From the NCBI GenBank assembly GCA_963771355.1, contig CAVYTA010000005.1, positions 512,001-576,000 of the forward strand: a DNA stretch of 64,000 nt, read 5' to 3'. How positions within the stretch are numbered: position 1 is the stretch's first letter; every line of letters begins with the position of its first letter. Shown here piece after piece: positions 26,391 through 36,478 of the stretch. A program made the position numbers and the translations under genes. The notes beneath the pieces are model-generated. The model worked only from the letters and a program-made list of their open reading frames with translations. It had not been told where the DNA came from and made no database searches. This DNA is from an uncultured Candidatus Rokubacteria bacterium (GTDB taxonomy: Bacteria > Methylomirabilota > Methylomirabilia > Rokubacteriales > CSP1-6).

Positions 26391-26430
26391 CGCACGGGGT
26401 GGCGCCCGCGCTCAGGCCAGCGCGGCGGCG
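26391..26430. repeat. 40 bp direct repeat, copy 2
   Basis: 38/40 identical to 24904-24943. Confidence 0.9.
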
Positions 26431-26921
26431 ATCTTCCCCAGCTGCCCGGCGTGGTCGAGATCGTGGAGCCGCATGAAGAGAAGCGTCTCGCGCCAGTTGA
26501 GCGGCCCGAACATGGGATGCTCCACGGTCTCCGTGAGCCGGACGCCCGGGTCGGCGGCGAGCGCGCGCGCGAAGAGCGTCTCGCGGTCGGCGGCGAGGAT
26601 CCGCTCCCACTCGCCGGGCGGGTGGACGGGCGCTCCCGCGGGATCCTCGCGCGGCGGGCGCGCGGGCACGGCGGTGCCGTCGAGGATGGCGAGGATGCCA
26701 CCGCCGAAGTAGCGGCCGGCGCCCACCACGTGGGCGAGCACCTCGTTGCCCGACCATTCCTCGGGCGCGGGGCGCTCGGTCCAGCGGGCCACCGGCACCG
26801 CGCGGGCCGCCGCGTGCAGGTCCGCCATGGCGGCGCGCACCTTGTCCACGATGTCGGCGGGCTCGAGCTTGGCGCCTTGCGCGCGCAGATAGCCCCGGAT
26901 GCGCTGGAATTCCTCGTTCAC
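26412..26921 (-). CDS. DinB family protein
   Basis: WSGNEVLAHV, HPMFGPL and LHDLDH motifs; GTG overlaps the upstream stop. Confidence 0.85.
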   Translation of the reverse strand: MNEEFQRIRGYLRAQGAKLEPADIVDKVRAAMADLHAAARAVPVARWTERPAPEEWSGNEVLAHVVGAGRYFGGGILAILDGTAVPARPPREDPAGAPVHPPGEWERILAADRETLFARALAADPGVRLTETVEHPMFGPLNWRETLLFMRLHDLDHAGQLGKIAAALA

Positions 26922-29128
26922 CGCACCGCCTCTATCTCGACGAGGCACGAGTTGTAGGTGGTGGCCCCGCAGGGCGCCGCCCGATCCTCGGTGAGGACAT
27001 TGGCGGCGCCGCGCGTGTCGGTGCCGCCGGCGTCGGGCGTGAACCAGGCGCCTTCCTTGATCGACACCACTCCGGGCGCGATGCGGTCGGTGACCCGCGC
27101 CGGCAGCACGGTGGCGCCGCGGTCGTTGAAGACGCGCGCGGGCTGCCCGTCGGCGATGCCGCGCGCGGCGGCGTCGGCGGGATGGATCCAGACGTCCTGC
27201 GGATCCGCGCGCGACAGGATGGGCTGGTTGTCGTGCGTGGAGTGCGTGCGCGCGCGCGACTTGGGCGACACGCACTGCAGCGGATGGCGCGGGTCGACCG
27301 GATGCGGCGGGAGCCAGGTCGGGATGGGCGGGATCGGGCCGAGCCCGCAGGGATCCGGATTCGCGGCCAGGGCCGCGGAGTAAATCTCGATCTTGCCCGA
27401 GGGCGTCGAGAAGGGATGCGCGACGGGGTCGCGCGCTTCCGCGGCGAAGGCCACCGGCTCGGCGGGAGCGGAGAGACGCGCCAGTCCCGCGGCGCGGAAG
27501 GCCTCCCAGTCGTCGATCTCGGGGCCGGCCAGCTCGCGCAGCCACTGGTCCTCGGTCTTGTCGTCGTCCGTGGCCAGCCCGAGACGGCGGGCCAGATCGG
27601 CGCAGATGTCCCGGTCGTTGCGGCACTCGCCCATGGGCGCGATGGCCTGCTTCATGTAGATGACGTAGTGGCCGCTGCCGCTCCACGGCGTGTGCACGTC
27701 ATTGCGCTCCCAGAAGGTGGTGGCGGGGAGCACGATGTCGGCGAACCGCGCGGTGGGGGTCAGGAAGTGATCGTGCACCACCATGAAGTCGAGCCCTTCG
27801 AGGGCGGCCACCGTCTTGCCGATATTGGGGAGCTGGTTCACGAGGTCGCCGCACACGGAGTAGACCAGCTTGATGTCGGCCGGATAGCCACCCGCGCGGC
27901 CGCGCGCCAGGAGATCGGCGAAGAGCGGGGACGCCACGCGCGACTGCGCGGGACTGGGCCCGGCTCCCAGGCGCTTGGCGCCGTGATTGCGCGCGCCCCC
28001 GCTGCAGCCGCTGCTGCCGCCCGGAATGCCCACGTTGCCGGTGAGCGCGGCGAGCGCAAAGGCGGCGCGGTGGAACTGCTCGCCGTAGGCGGTGCGGCCG
28101 GGCGCATAGCCGCACTGCAGCGCGGCCGGCTTCGCGGTGGCGAAGTCGCGCGCGAGCCGGCGGATGGTGGCGGCGGGCACGCCCGTCAAGGGCTCCGCCC
28201 ACTCCGGCGTCTTGCGCACCCCGTCGGCGGCGCCCTCGAGATAGGCCCGGTAGGACGCGCCCGGGGGCGCGCCCGCGGGCAGGTGCGCCTCGTCGAAGCC
28301 CACCACGCAGCGGTCGAGGAAGGCCTGGTCGTGCCGCCCCTCGCTCACGATCACCTCCGCCATCGCGATCAGCATGGCGGCGTCCGTGCCCGGGCGGATG
28401 GCGATGTGCTCATCGGCGATCTGCCGGCTCGTCCGCGTCACCCGCGGGTCCACGCAGATCATCCGGACGCCACCCGCTTTGGCGCGCTGGAGATATTGCA
28501 TGGTGCCGGTGCCGAAGTGCCCGTCCCCGGGGCTCCAGCCCCAGAGCAGCATGAGCCGCGAGTTGACGTAGTCGCCGGGCTCGCGGCCGGAGAACTTGCA
28601 GTCGGCGGCGGGGCCGTAGGTGTGGCGGATGGCGAAGATCTCGGCCTCGTTGGAGAGATTGGACCAGAGCTCGGTGCAGCCGCCCAGCCGGTTGAGCAGC
28701 CGGGGCAGCGAGGATCGGTTGTGGAGCGCGGCGGTGCTCCCGGTGCGCGAGCAGTCGAGGATGGCGGCGGGGCCGTGGGCGTCGACCACTCGGCGCAGCG
28801 CCGCCGCCACTGCGTCGAGGGCCTCGTCCCATGAGATGCGCTCGAACCCGCCCCCGCCGCGCGGTCCCACGCGGCGGAGCGGATGCAGCAAGCGGTCCGG
28901 ATGATTCACGCGCTCCGCCGCCCCGAAGCCGCGCACGCAGGCATGCAGCGGCGGCGTGTCCGGGGTCCAGGGCCGCGGGTCGGTGCTGATGCGCGCGATG
29001 CGGCCGTCCACCACGTGCGCGTTGACCACGCAGCGCCCGCCGCAGTTGTGCGCGCAGGTGGACGTGACCACCGTCTCGCCGGGGCGGCCGGCGGGGCGGG
29101 GCGTCTCGTAGGTGGTGCGGGGAGTCAC
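26918..29128 (-). CDS. Molybdopterin-dependent oxidoreductase (DMSO reductase family, DmsA-like), no Tat signal
   Basis: TCAHNCGGRC Fe-S motif, RISWDEA, ADIVLPA and C-terminal molydop-binding domain. Confidence 0.9.
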   Translation of the reverse strand: MTPRTTYETPRPAGRPGETVVTSTCAHNCGGRCVVNAHVVDGRIARISTDPRPWTPDTPPLHACVRGFGAAERVNHPDRLLHPLRRVGPRGGGGFERISWDEALDAVAAALRRVVDAHGPAAILDCSRTGSTAALHNRSSLPRLLNRLGGCTELWSNLSNEAEIFAIRHTYGPAADCKFSGREPGDYVNSRLMLLWGWSPGDGHFGTGTMQYLQRAKAGGVRMICVDPRVTRTSRQIADEHIAIRPGTDAAMLIAMAEVIVSEGRHDQAFLDRCVVGFDEAHLPAGAPPGASYRAYLEGAADGVRKTPEWAEPLTGVPAATIRRLARDFATAKPAALQCGYAPGRTAYGEQFHRAAFALAALTGNVGIPGGSSGCSGGARNHGAKRLGAGPSPAQSRVASPLFADLLARGRAGGYPADIKLVYSVCGDLVNQLPNIGKTVAALEGLDFMVVHDHFLTPTARFADIVLPATTFWERNDVHTPWSGSGHYVIYMKQAIAPMGECRNDRDICADLARRLGLATDDDKTEDQWLRELAGPEIDDWEAFRAAGLARLSAPAEPVAFAAEARDPVAHPFSTPSGKIEIYSAALAANPDPCGLGPIPPIPTWLPPHPVDPRHPLQCVSPKSRARTHSTHDNQPILSRADPQDVWIHPADAAARGIADGQPARVFNDRGATVLPARVTDRIAPGVVSIKEGAWFTPDAGGTDTRGAANVLTEDRAAPCGATTYNSCLVEIEAVR

Positions 29129-29136
29129 CCGGCGGC

Positions 29137-30231
29137 TCAGTCGAACACGATCACGCCGCGGGCCACCTGCCCCCCGCGCAGGGCCGCGAAGCCCTCGTTG
29201 ATCTGGTCGAGCTTGTAGGTGCGGCTCACGAGCTCGTCGATCTTCAGCCGCCCCTCGAGATAGAGGTCCACGAACTTGGGGAAGTCGATGTTCGGGCGCA
29301 CCGAGCCGTACATGGTGCCCTTGATGGCCTTTTCCTGGAGCGCCATCATGTAGGGCGTGATGGGCGCGCGAACGTTGAGCGCGGCCATACCCACGATGAC
29401 GGCGGTGCCACCGGGACGGATGGCGTCCACGATCTGGAGCGTGGTGGCCTCGCCGCCGATGGCGTCGAAGGCATAATCCACCCCGCGTCCCGCGGTGAGC
29501 TCGCGCACCTTGTCCACCACGTTCTCACGCGAGGCATTGAAGGTGTGGGTGGCGCCGAACTCCTTGGCGTAGGTCAGCTTGCTGTCGAGCAGATCGGCGG
29601 CGGCGATGATGCCGGCGCCGGCCAGCCGCGCGCCCTGCACCACGTTGAGCCCGACGCCGCCGCAGCCGATGACGAGGACCGAGGCGCCCGCCTCCACCTC
29701 GGCGCACCGGGTCACCGCGCCCACGCCGGTGGGTACGCAGCAGCCCATGAGTGCGGCCTGCGGCCACGGCATCTCGTGCCGGATCGGCACCAGCATCTCC
29801 GCCGGGCACACCACCTTCTCGGAGAAGGTGCCGATGCGCGCCATCTGGTTGATGGGGGCCCCGTCCTGGTGCAGGCGATGCGTGCCATCCAGCATGGCCC
29901 ACCGTGCGGACGTGTGTCCGTCGCAGAGGATGGTGCGGCCGATCGAGCAGTAGAAGCAGCGGCCGCAATGCGGGCGGAAGGAGAAGATCACGTGGTCGCC
30001 CGGCTTGACATTGGTGACGCCCGGGCCGACCTCCTCGATCTGGCCCGCCGCCTCGTGGCCCAGCACCATGGGCAGAGGCGGGGTCCAGTCCCCGTTCATG
30101 ATGTGCCAGTCACTGTGGCAGATGCCGGCCGCCTTGACCTTGACGCGGGCCTCGCCCACCTTGGGGCCTTCCTGGGTGAGATCCATGATCTGGAGCGGCT
30201 CATTGGCTCTGTAAAGGACGGCGGCTTTCAT
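29137..30231 (-). CDS. Zinc-dependent alcohol dehydrogenase (class III-like)
   Basis: GICHSD, LGHEAAG, CGRCFYC and GCGGVG motifs. Confidence 0.93.
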   Translation of the reverse strand: MKAAVLYRANEPLQIMDLTQEGPKVGEARVKVKAAGICHSDWHIMNGDWTPPLPMVLGHEAAGQIEEVGPGVTNVKPGDHVIFSFRPHCGRCFYCSIGRTILCDGHTSARWAMLDGTHRLHQDGAPINQMARIGTFSEKVVCPAEMLVPIRHEMPWPQAALMGCCVPTGVGAVTRCAEVEAGASVLVIGCGGVGLNVVQGARLAGAGIIAAADLLDSKLTYAKEFGATHTFNASRENVVDKVRELTAGRGVDYAFDAIGGEATTLQIVDAIRPGGTAVIVGMAALNVRAPITPYMMALQEKAIKGTMYGSVRPNIDFPKFVDLYLEGRLKIDELVSRTYKLDQINEGFAALRGGQVARGVIVFD

Positions 30232-30304
30232 GGATGGCTCTCCCGGGGCTGAGGGGGTGAAGGTCGGCGCCGGCCCGTCCGGCCGTGGGACGAGGATAGT
30301 CGAG

Positions 30305-31522
30305 CTAATCGCGTTTTACCAGGGGCGGGATGCGGTAGAGGGCCGCCGCCGCGCCCAGCGAGAGCACGGCGAGCGCGAGCCACGGCGCGTGGTAGGAGCC
30401 GGTGGCCTCGCGGAGGAATCCGAAGAAGGGCGGCCCCAGGAGCACGCCGGACCACGCGCACGACACCGCCACCCCGGTGAGGAGCCCTGCGTAGCGGTGT
30501 CCGCCCACCTCGGCGGCGAGGGCGAGGTAGAGCCCGACCCAGCCGAAGGCGCCCGCGCCCGCGAAGAAGGCGACGAGGCCCGCGACGGGGGCGGGCAGGG
30601 AGACGCCGGAGGCGAAGATGAGATAGGTCAGCGTCCCGATCAATGAATTGATGATCACGCAGGGCCGGCGGCGGCCGCCGAAGAGCCGGTCGCTGACGAT
30701 GCCCCAGGCGAGCCGGCCGCCGGTGCCGCCCGCCTGCATGACGGCAAGCAAGGCGCCCGCCGCCACCACCGTCCAGCCCAGCGTCTCCCGCGCGTAGAGG
30801 GCGAGGTACGCCAGCACCGAGGCCTGTGTCATGCCCAGCGCGAGGCCGGAGGCCAGGAGCACCGGCAGCGAGCGCGTGGTGAAGAACCGGCCCAGCTCGT
30901 CGAACCGCGGGCGCCCCATCCCGGGGATGATGGCGACGGCGCCGTCGCGCCGCATGCCGACCAGCACCGCCGCGGCGGCCGCGAGCGACGCGAGCGCGGC
31001 CACAGTGAGGGCGTGGCGCCAGCCGGCGGCCAGCGCGATGGACGGCAGCGACAGCGACGCCACGATGCCGCCCACGGTGAGGCCGGTCTGCTTGACGCCC
31101 ATGGCGAAGCCGCGCTCGCGCGCGGGGAAGCGCTCGAGGATGGCCTTGCCGGTGGTCGGATTCACCACTGCCCAGCCCAGCCCGGCGAGGAACAGGAAGC
31201 CCAGCATCACCGGCAGCCCTTGCGCGTGCGCCGCCAGCGCGATCATGGCCCCGGTGAGGCACTGGCCGGCGGCGAGCGTGAGCCGCGCGCCCAGGCGGTC
31301 GGTGAGCCAGCCCGCGGGCAGCGACATCAGCACCCCGCCGAGATAGATCGCGGGCAGGAAGAGTCCGACCTGGGTCCGGGTGAGTCGGAGATCGTCCAGC
31401 AGCAGCGGTGCCAGCGGCGCCACGGCCAGCACCGAGATCGCGCCCAGCGCATGCGCGATCGAGACGAGGGCGAGGAGACGCCAGCGTCCACGGTCGCCTC
31501 GCTCGCTCGGGATCGTCGTCAC
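30305..31522 (-). CDS. MFS transporter
   Basis: About 12 hydrophobic segments; GWLTDRLGAR motif A. Confidence 0.9.
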   Translation of the reverse strand: MTTIPSERGDRGRWRLLALVSIAHALGAISVLAVAPLAPLLLDDLRLTRTQVGLFLPAIYLGGVLMSLPAGWLTDRLGARLTLAAGQCLTGAMIALAAHAQGLPVMLGFLFLAGLGWAVVNPTTGKAILERFPARERGFAMGVKQTGLTVGGIVASLSLPSIALAAGWRHALTVAALASLAAAAAVLVGMRRDGAVAIIPGMGRPRFDELGRFFTTRSLPVLLASGLALGMTQASVLAYLALYARETLGWTVVAAGALLAVMQAGGTGGRLAWGIVSDRLFGGRRRPCVIINSLIGTLTYLIFASGVSLPAPVAGLVAFFAGAGAFGWVGLYLALAAEVGGHRYAGLLTGVAVSCAWSGVLLGPPFFGFLREATGSYHAPWLALAVLSLGAAAALYRIPPLVKRD

Positions 31523-31669
31523 GTCCTAGGCCTATCACAGCGTGGGGACGGCGAGATGCGGATTTGCCCTTGTCTCGCCCGGCGCCCAGGGATTAGGCTT
31601 CGAACGTTCACCACGATCGAAACGGAGCACGAGCCACAGGGCGGAGTGGGAGCCGAGGAGGCACATCCG

Positions 31670-32434
31670 GTGACACTGTTTGATCTCACGGGGAAGGTGG
31701 CGGTAGTGACGGGCGGCAACGGCGGGATCGGGCTGGGCATGGCGCGCGGGCTCGCCGGCGCCGGCTGCGACGTGGTGGTGGCGGCGCGCAACGCGGACAA
31801 GAGCAGCCGCGCGGTGAAGGAGCTCGAGGGCCTCGGAGTCCGCGCCGCCGCCATCTCGGTGGATGTGGCCGACGAGCCCTCGGTGGAGACGCTGATCGCG
31901 CGCGCGGTCGAGGCCTTCGGACGCATCGACATCGTGGTGAACAACGCCGGCACCAACGTGCGGAAGCCTCCGGAGGAGCTGGCTCTCGCGGAGTGGCACC
32001 ACGTGATGGACACCAACCTCACCAGCGCTTTTCTGGTGAGCCGCGCCGCCTATCCCCACATGAAGCGGCAGGGCGGGGGCAAGGTGATCAATATCGGCTC
32101 CATGATGTCCATATTCGGCGTGCGCTTCTCGCCCGCCTACGCCGCCTCGAAGGGCGGCATCGTGCAGCTCACCAAGGTCATGGCCACCGCGTGGGCGGGG
32201 GACAATATCCAGGTCAACGCGGTGCTCCCGGGCTGGATCGACACCGAGCTGACCCAGGGGGCGCGAAAGCAGATCGCGACCCTGCACGATTCCGTGCTGA
32301 AGCGCACACCCGCCGGGCGCTGGGGTGTGATGGCGGACATGTCCGGGGTGGCGGTGTTTCTCGCCAGCCCCGCGTCGGACTTCGTGACCGGCACCGCCAT
32401 TCCGGTGGATGGGGGCTATTCGATCCAGGGATGA
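31670..32434 (+). CDS. SDR oxidoreductase (KduD/gluconate 5-dehydrogenase-like)
   Basis: LFDLTGKVAVVTGGNGGIG, NNAG, YAASK and VDGGY motifs; GAGGAGG SD. Confidence 0.9.
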   Translation: MTLFDLTGKVAVVTGGNGGIGLGMARGLAGAGCDVVVAARNADKSSRAVKELEGLGVRAAAISVDVADEPSVETLIARAVEAFGRIDIVVNNAGTNVRKPPEELALAEWHHVMDTNLTSAFLVSRAAYPHMKRQGGGKVINIGSMMSIFGVRFSPAYAASKGGIVQLTKVMATAWAGDNIQVNAVLPGWIDTELTQGARKQIATLHDSVLKRTPAGRWGVMADMSGVAVFLASPASDFVTGTAIPVDGGYSIQG

Positions 32435-32468
32435 CTGCGGTAACATCAAGTCATTGGTAGCTCATAAG

Positions 32469-33242
32469 GTGGCGGCAAGGCTCGTCGTCCTCGTCCTCAT
32501 GCTCGCAACCGCCGGCTGCGCCTCGGCCGGGCGCCTGGACACGGCGGCGCGGGAGCCCGCGCCGGCTCCCGCCCTGACCTTCGCGCGGGACACCTTCGCC
32601 TTTCCCAACGAGAGCCTGACCAAGAACCGCGGCAAGCCCGACCTCTACGCGAATTACTGCTTCGTGATGGCGCGCGCGGTGACCCAGTTCCAGCGCTTCG
32701 CGCGCTTCGAGCCCACCCAGCCGCGCCTGGACACGGCCGCCTACGCGGAGCGGGTCCGGCAGGTGGTCGCTCGCCCGCCCTGGCACGAGCCGCTGCCCGG
32801 CGATGCGCGCGTGGTGATCCCGGGCTATGCCTCCTTGCACGACCTGTCGCGGGAGGAGGAGGCGGCGGTGAAGGCGGGGCTGGGCGGGAAGCTCTGGACC
32901 ATGGTGCACTGGACGAACTGGCGCGTGGTGTTCCCGATGACGGGCGCGCATCAGGAGGGCGTGGCGAGCCTGGTGGTCGACGAGATCCGGGCGCGGCGGC
33001 CGGTGCAATTGCTCGTCACGAACTTGCCCAGCTGGGAGCTCAACCACACCGTGATCGCCTACGACTATCGCGTGTCCCCGGCCGGCGATGTGGACTTCGT
33101 GGTCTACGACCCCAACGATCCCTACGTCCCCGGCATCATCACCTTCGACCACGCGGCCCGGCGCTTCGTGGCCACGCGCCTCTTCGACACCGAAGTGGGC
33201 GGCATCCGCGCCTTCCGCATGTACTACGGGCCGCTCCTCTGA
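32469..33242 (+). CDS. Lipoprotein of unknown function
   Basis: Lipobox TAGC; NYCFVM..NHTV..YDPN pattern reminiscent of papain-like C-H-D folds (inference). Confidence 0.65.
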   Translation: MAARLVVLVLMLATAGCASAGRLDTAAREPAPAPALTFARDTFAFPNESLTKNRGKPDLYANYCFVMARAVTQFQRFARFEPTQPRLDTAAYAERVRQVVARPPWHEPLPGDARVVIPGYASLHDLSREEEAAVKAGLGGKLWTMVHWTNWRVVFPMTGAHQEGVASLVVDEIRARRPVQLLVTNLPSWELNHTVIAYDYRVSPAGDVDFVVYDPNDPYVPGIITFDHAARRFVATRLFDTEVGGIRAFRMYYGPLL

Positions 33243-33250
33243 AGGCCTCG

Positions 33251-34162
33251 ATGTCCGCCGGTTCCGTCGCGCGCCCGCACTGGTACTCGCATGGGTGGAA
33301 CCGTGTCGCCTACTATCGTCTCGCCGACCTGGCGGCAGGAATGCTCCCGCGCCCGCTGCGGCTGGGTGCCGCGCGGCTGGCCGGGCGTCTCGCCGCGCGG
33401 CGGCTCGTGGCGGAGCGGCAGCAGGTGCGGGCCAATCTCGCCCGCGTGCTCACCGGTGCCTCCGAGGCCGCCCTCGGGCGCGCCACCGCCGAGACCTTCG
33501 CCAACTTCGCCGCCTGCTTCAGCGACTTCCTCACCATCAATCGGGGCGCGCCGGCGCGGCTTTGGGATTACGTGGCGTCGCGGCAGGGAGAAGAGCACCT
33601 CGAGGCGGCCTGCGCGGCGGGGCGCGGGGTGATTCTCCTCACCGCGCACCTCGGGAACTGGGAGTTCGGCGGCCGGCTCCTCGTCCCGCGGCTCGACCGG
33701 CCCATCCACATCGTGCTGGCGGCGGAACAGGACGCGGATCTCGAGCGTTACCTTCGACGGGAGGGAGAGCGGCTGCGCTTCGTGACCCGGCGGCACGCGA
33801 CATCTACCCTGGGGCTGCTCGCCGCCCTCCGGCGCAACGAGGCGGTGGCCATGCAGGGCGACCGGCCTACCGGCGAGCGCGGCGACACGGTGGTGGAGTT
33901 CTTCGGGGCTCCGGCGCCGTTCGCCATCGGTCCCTTCGTGCTCGCGCGGGCCGCGGGCGCGCCGGTGGTGGCCGCGTATTGCGTCATGGACGCCGACCAC
34001 CGCTACCGCATCACCGTCGAGTCGCCCATCTGGGTGAAGTCCGGCGAGGAGCCCGCCGCGCTGGCGGCCATGGTTGCCACCCTGGAGCGCGCGGTGCGCG
34101 CGCATCCCACCCAGTGGTTCAACTTCTTCGACGTGTGGAGCCCGCCCCGTGCCGCGGCGTGA
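33251..34162 (+). CDS. Lysophospholipid/lipid A-type acyltransferase
   Basis: LLTAHLGNWE, MQGDR and HPTQWFNF motifs. Confidence 0.9.
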   Translation: MSAGSVARPHWYSHGWNRVAYYRLADLAAGMLPRPLRLGAARLAGRLAARRLVAERQQVRANLARVLTGASEAALGRATAETFANFAACFSDFLTINRGAPARLWDYVASRQGEEHLEAACAAGRGVILLTAHLGNWEFGGRLLVPRLDRPIHIVLAAEQDADLERYLRREGERLRFVTRRHATSTLGLLAALRRNEAVAMQGDRPTGERGDTVVEFFGAPAPFAIGPFVLARAAGAPVVAAYCVMDADHRYRITVESPIWVKSGEEPAALAAMVATLERAVRAHPTQWFNFFDVWSPPRAAA

Positions 34163-35330
34163 TCGGGTGGCGGTGGTCGCCGCCGGCGTGGCCACGCCCA
34201 TCGGCCAGGATCTCGACGCGTTCTGGTCCTCGCTGCTCACCGGCGCCAGCGGGATCTCCACCATCGAGCGCTTCCCGGTGGCCGACCTCCGGGTGGGCCG
34301 CGGCGGCGAGATCAAGAAGCTCACGCGCGTCACGCGCTGGACCGGCGTGCCGGACTGCCGCGCCACGCGCCTGCTCGTGTCGGCCGCCGACGAATTGACC
34401 GCTCAGGTGCCGCTGCGGCCCGCCGACGTGGATCCCACGCGGGTGGCGGTGGTGGTGGGCACCGCACTGGGGGGCGTGGAGGAAGGCGAGCGCGCGCTCG
34501 CCGGCGAGGGCCCGCGACGGCGGCTGCGCGGCGCCCTCTACGACGCGCCGGGACACAACCTGGCCCGCTGGCTCGGCGCCCGCGGGCACGTCCTCACCGT
34601 GTCCACCGCCTGTGCGTCGGGGGCCACCGCGCTCGGCGTGGGCGCCGACCTCCTGCGCCAGGACATGGCCGACCTCGTGGTCGCGGGCGGCTACGACATC
34701 CTCTGCCGTTTCGTGATGCGCGGCTTCGACGCCCTGCGCTCGCTGACGCGGGACGAGGTGCGCCCCTTCGACCGCCGCCGCAGTGGGCTGCTCCTCGGCG
34801 AGGCGGGTGCGCTCGTGCTCCTGGCGCGCGAGGCGGACACGGGGCGCCGCCCGCTCGGCTGGCTCCGCGGCCATGCGAGCACGGGCGACGGCTTCCACAT
34901 CGCGGCCCCGGAGCCGGACGGTCGGGGCCTCGAGCGGGCGGTGCGGCTGGCGCTGGCGGAAGCGGACGCCGCGCCGGGAGACGTGGACTTCGTGAGCGCG
35001 CATGGTACCGCCACCCCGCTCAATGACCGGATCGAGACCGCGGTGCTCAAGCGCGTCTTCCAGGCGCATGCGCATGCGATTCCGGTGAACTCGATCAAGG
35101 CCACCATGGGGCACACCATGGGCGCGGCCGCGACGCTGGAGGCCATCATGTGCCTGCTGGCGGGACGGCATGGCCAGATCCCGCCCACCCGCCATCTCGA
35201 GGTCCCGGACCCCGAGTGCGACCTGGACTATGTGCCGGGGACCGCCCGCGCCCTGCGCCCGCGGCTGTCGCTGAGCACCTCGCTGGGCTTCGGCGGATGC
35301 AACGGGGCCCTGATCCTGGAGTCGGCTTGA
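34149..35330 (+). CDS. Beta-ketoacyl-ACP synthase (FabF-like KS)
   Basis: TACASG, SAHGTAT and KATMGHT give an intact Cys-His-His triad. Confidence 0.92.
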   Translation: MPRRDRVAVVAAGVATPIGQDLDAFWSSLLTGASGISTIERFPVADLRVGRGGEIKKLTRVTRWTGVPDCRATRLLVSAADELTAQVPLRPADVDPTRVAVVVGTALGGVEEGERALAGEGPRRRLRGALYDAPGHNLARWLGARGHVLTVSTACASGATALGVGADLLRQDMADLVVAGGYDILCRFVMRGFDALRSLTRDEVRPFDRRRSGLLLGEAGALVLLAREADTGRRPLGWLRGHASTGDGFHIAAPEPDGRGLERAVRLALAEADAAPGDVDFVSAHGTATPLNDRIETAVLKRVFQAHAHAIPVNSIKATMGHTMGAAATLEAIMCLLAGRHGQIPPTRHLEVPDPECDLDYVPGTARALRPRLSLSTSLGFGGCNGALILESA

Positions 35331-36160
35331 GCACGACGGTGGCGACGGCACGGAGCGGGAGGGGGATTCTCGCCCCCGCCATCCGGGCCGTCGGGTTCGT
35401 GTCCGGCTGGGGCACCGGCATGGGCGCGGTTCCCGCCGATGCGCGGGTGGCGGCGGGGGGCCGGGACGTGGTGCCCCTCGGCCGGCCGGCCGTGGAGGGC
35501 GAGCGGTTCCGGCGGGCCACCCGGGAATGCCTCTGGGCCCTTGCGGCCATAGAGGTGATGCTGGAAAATGGAGGGGTTAGCCGGGCCGCGCTGGCCGGGG
35601 ACCGCACGGCGCTGCTGTTCGTGTCGGCGGCGGTGTACGGGGCGTCGAACCGGGCGTTCATCGAGCGGAGCGGCGGGGGCACGCACTTCGCATACACCGC
35701 GCCGGCGGTGGTGTCGGCCGAGGCGGCGATCGAATACGGCTTGCAAGGGCCGGCGGTGCTGTTCATCGGCGGTCCCCCCGCCACGCTGCGGGCGATCTGG
35801 TACGGGGCGACCTTGCTCGCGGGCGGCACCTGTGACCGCGCGCTCGTGCTGGCGGTGGAGACGTTCGCGGAATGCGCGGACCTCTACGCGCGGGCGCGGC
35901 GACGCAGCGCGCCGCCCTTGGTGGAAGCCGCCGCCTGCGCCTGGCTCGAGCCGGGCGAGGGTCGGCTCGAGCTGCAGGTCCGACGGTCGCCACGGGATGC
36001 CGGCACCGGCATCGAGCGCCGGCTCGGCGAGACTTTCGCCTGCGCGCCGCTCGCAGAGCTTGCGATGTGGCGGCAAGCGGGAAGCGCCGGCGATCTCCGG
36101 CTGCACGGGCGCTGGCGGGGCGAGGCGGCCGATCTCACCATCACGAAAGGCGGAGCATGA
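35327..36160 (+). CDS. Truncated KS-like protein (chain-length-factor-like)
   Basis: RFRRAT, FAYTAP and LQGP N-terminal KS fold, no catalytic Cys; start uncertain (TTG at 35327). Confidence 0.7.
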   Translation: MSTTVATARSGRGILAPAIRAVGFVSGWGTGMGAVPADARVAAGGRDVVPLGRPAVEGERFRRATRECLWALAAIEVMLENGGVSRAALAGDRTALLFVSAAVYGASNRAFIERSGGGTHFAYTAPAVVSAEAAIEYGLQGPAVLFIGGPPATLRAIWYGATLLAGGTCDRALVLAVETFAECADLYARARRRSAPPLVEAAACAWLEPGEGRLELQVRRSPRDAGTGIERRLGETFACAPLAELAMWRQAGSAGDLRLHGRWRGEAADLTITKGGA

Positions 36161-36432
36161 CGCAGAAGGAAGTGCTGGACGAACTGAAGGCGATCGTCGT
36201 CGAGCGGCTGCGCTTCGACCCGCGGCGGGCTGCCGACATGACGCTCGAGACCACCCTACCCAAGGGCGTGGCCGGCTCGCTCGGGCTGGACTCGCTCGAC
36301 TTCATCGAGCTCTCGGTGGCCATGGAAGAGCGATTCGGGATCACCATCGAGGAAGGGCAAGACCTCGCGGAGGAGTTCCACTCCCTCGACAGCCTCTCGC
36401 GCTTCATCCTCGCCAAGATGGGCCCGGCATGA
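36157..36432 (+). CDS. Acyl carrier protein
   Basis: LGLDSLD phosphopantetheine site; MEERFGI. Confidence 0.92.
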   Translation: MTQKEVLDELKAIVVERLRFDPRRAADMTLETTLPKGVAGSLGLDSLDFIELSVAMEERFGITIEEGQDLAEEFHSLDSLSRFILAKMGPA

Positions 36433-36478
36433 GCGATCCCTCGGCGCGTTCCCCCGCCGACCCGGAGTGCGCCGCCGG

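Noticed and set aside
31670..32434. SDR as the missing ketoreductase of the PKS cluster
   Set aside because: Motifs look KduD/gluconate dehydrogenase-like rather than FabG-like; not excluded, but unsupported.
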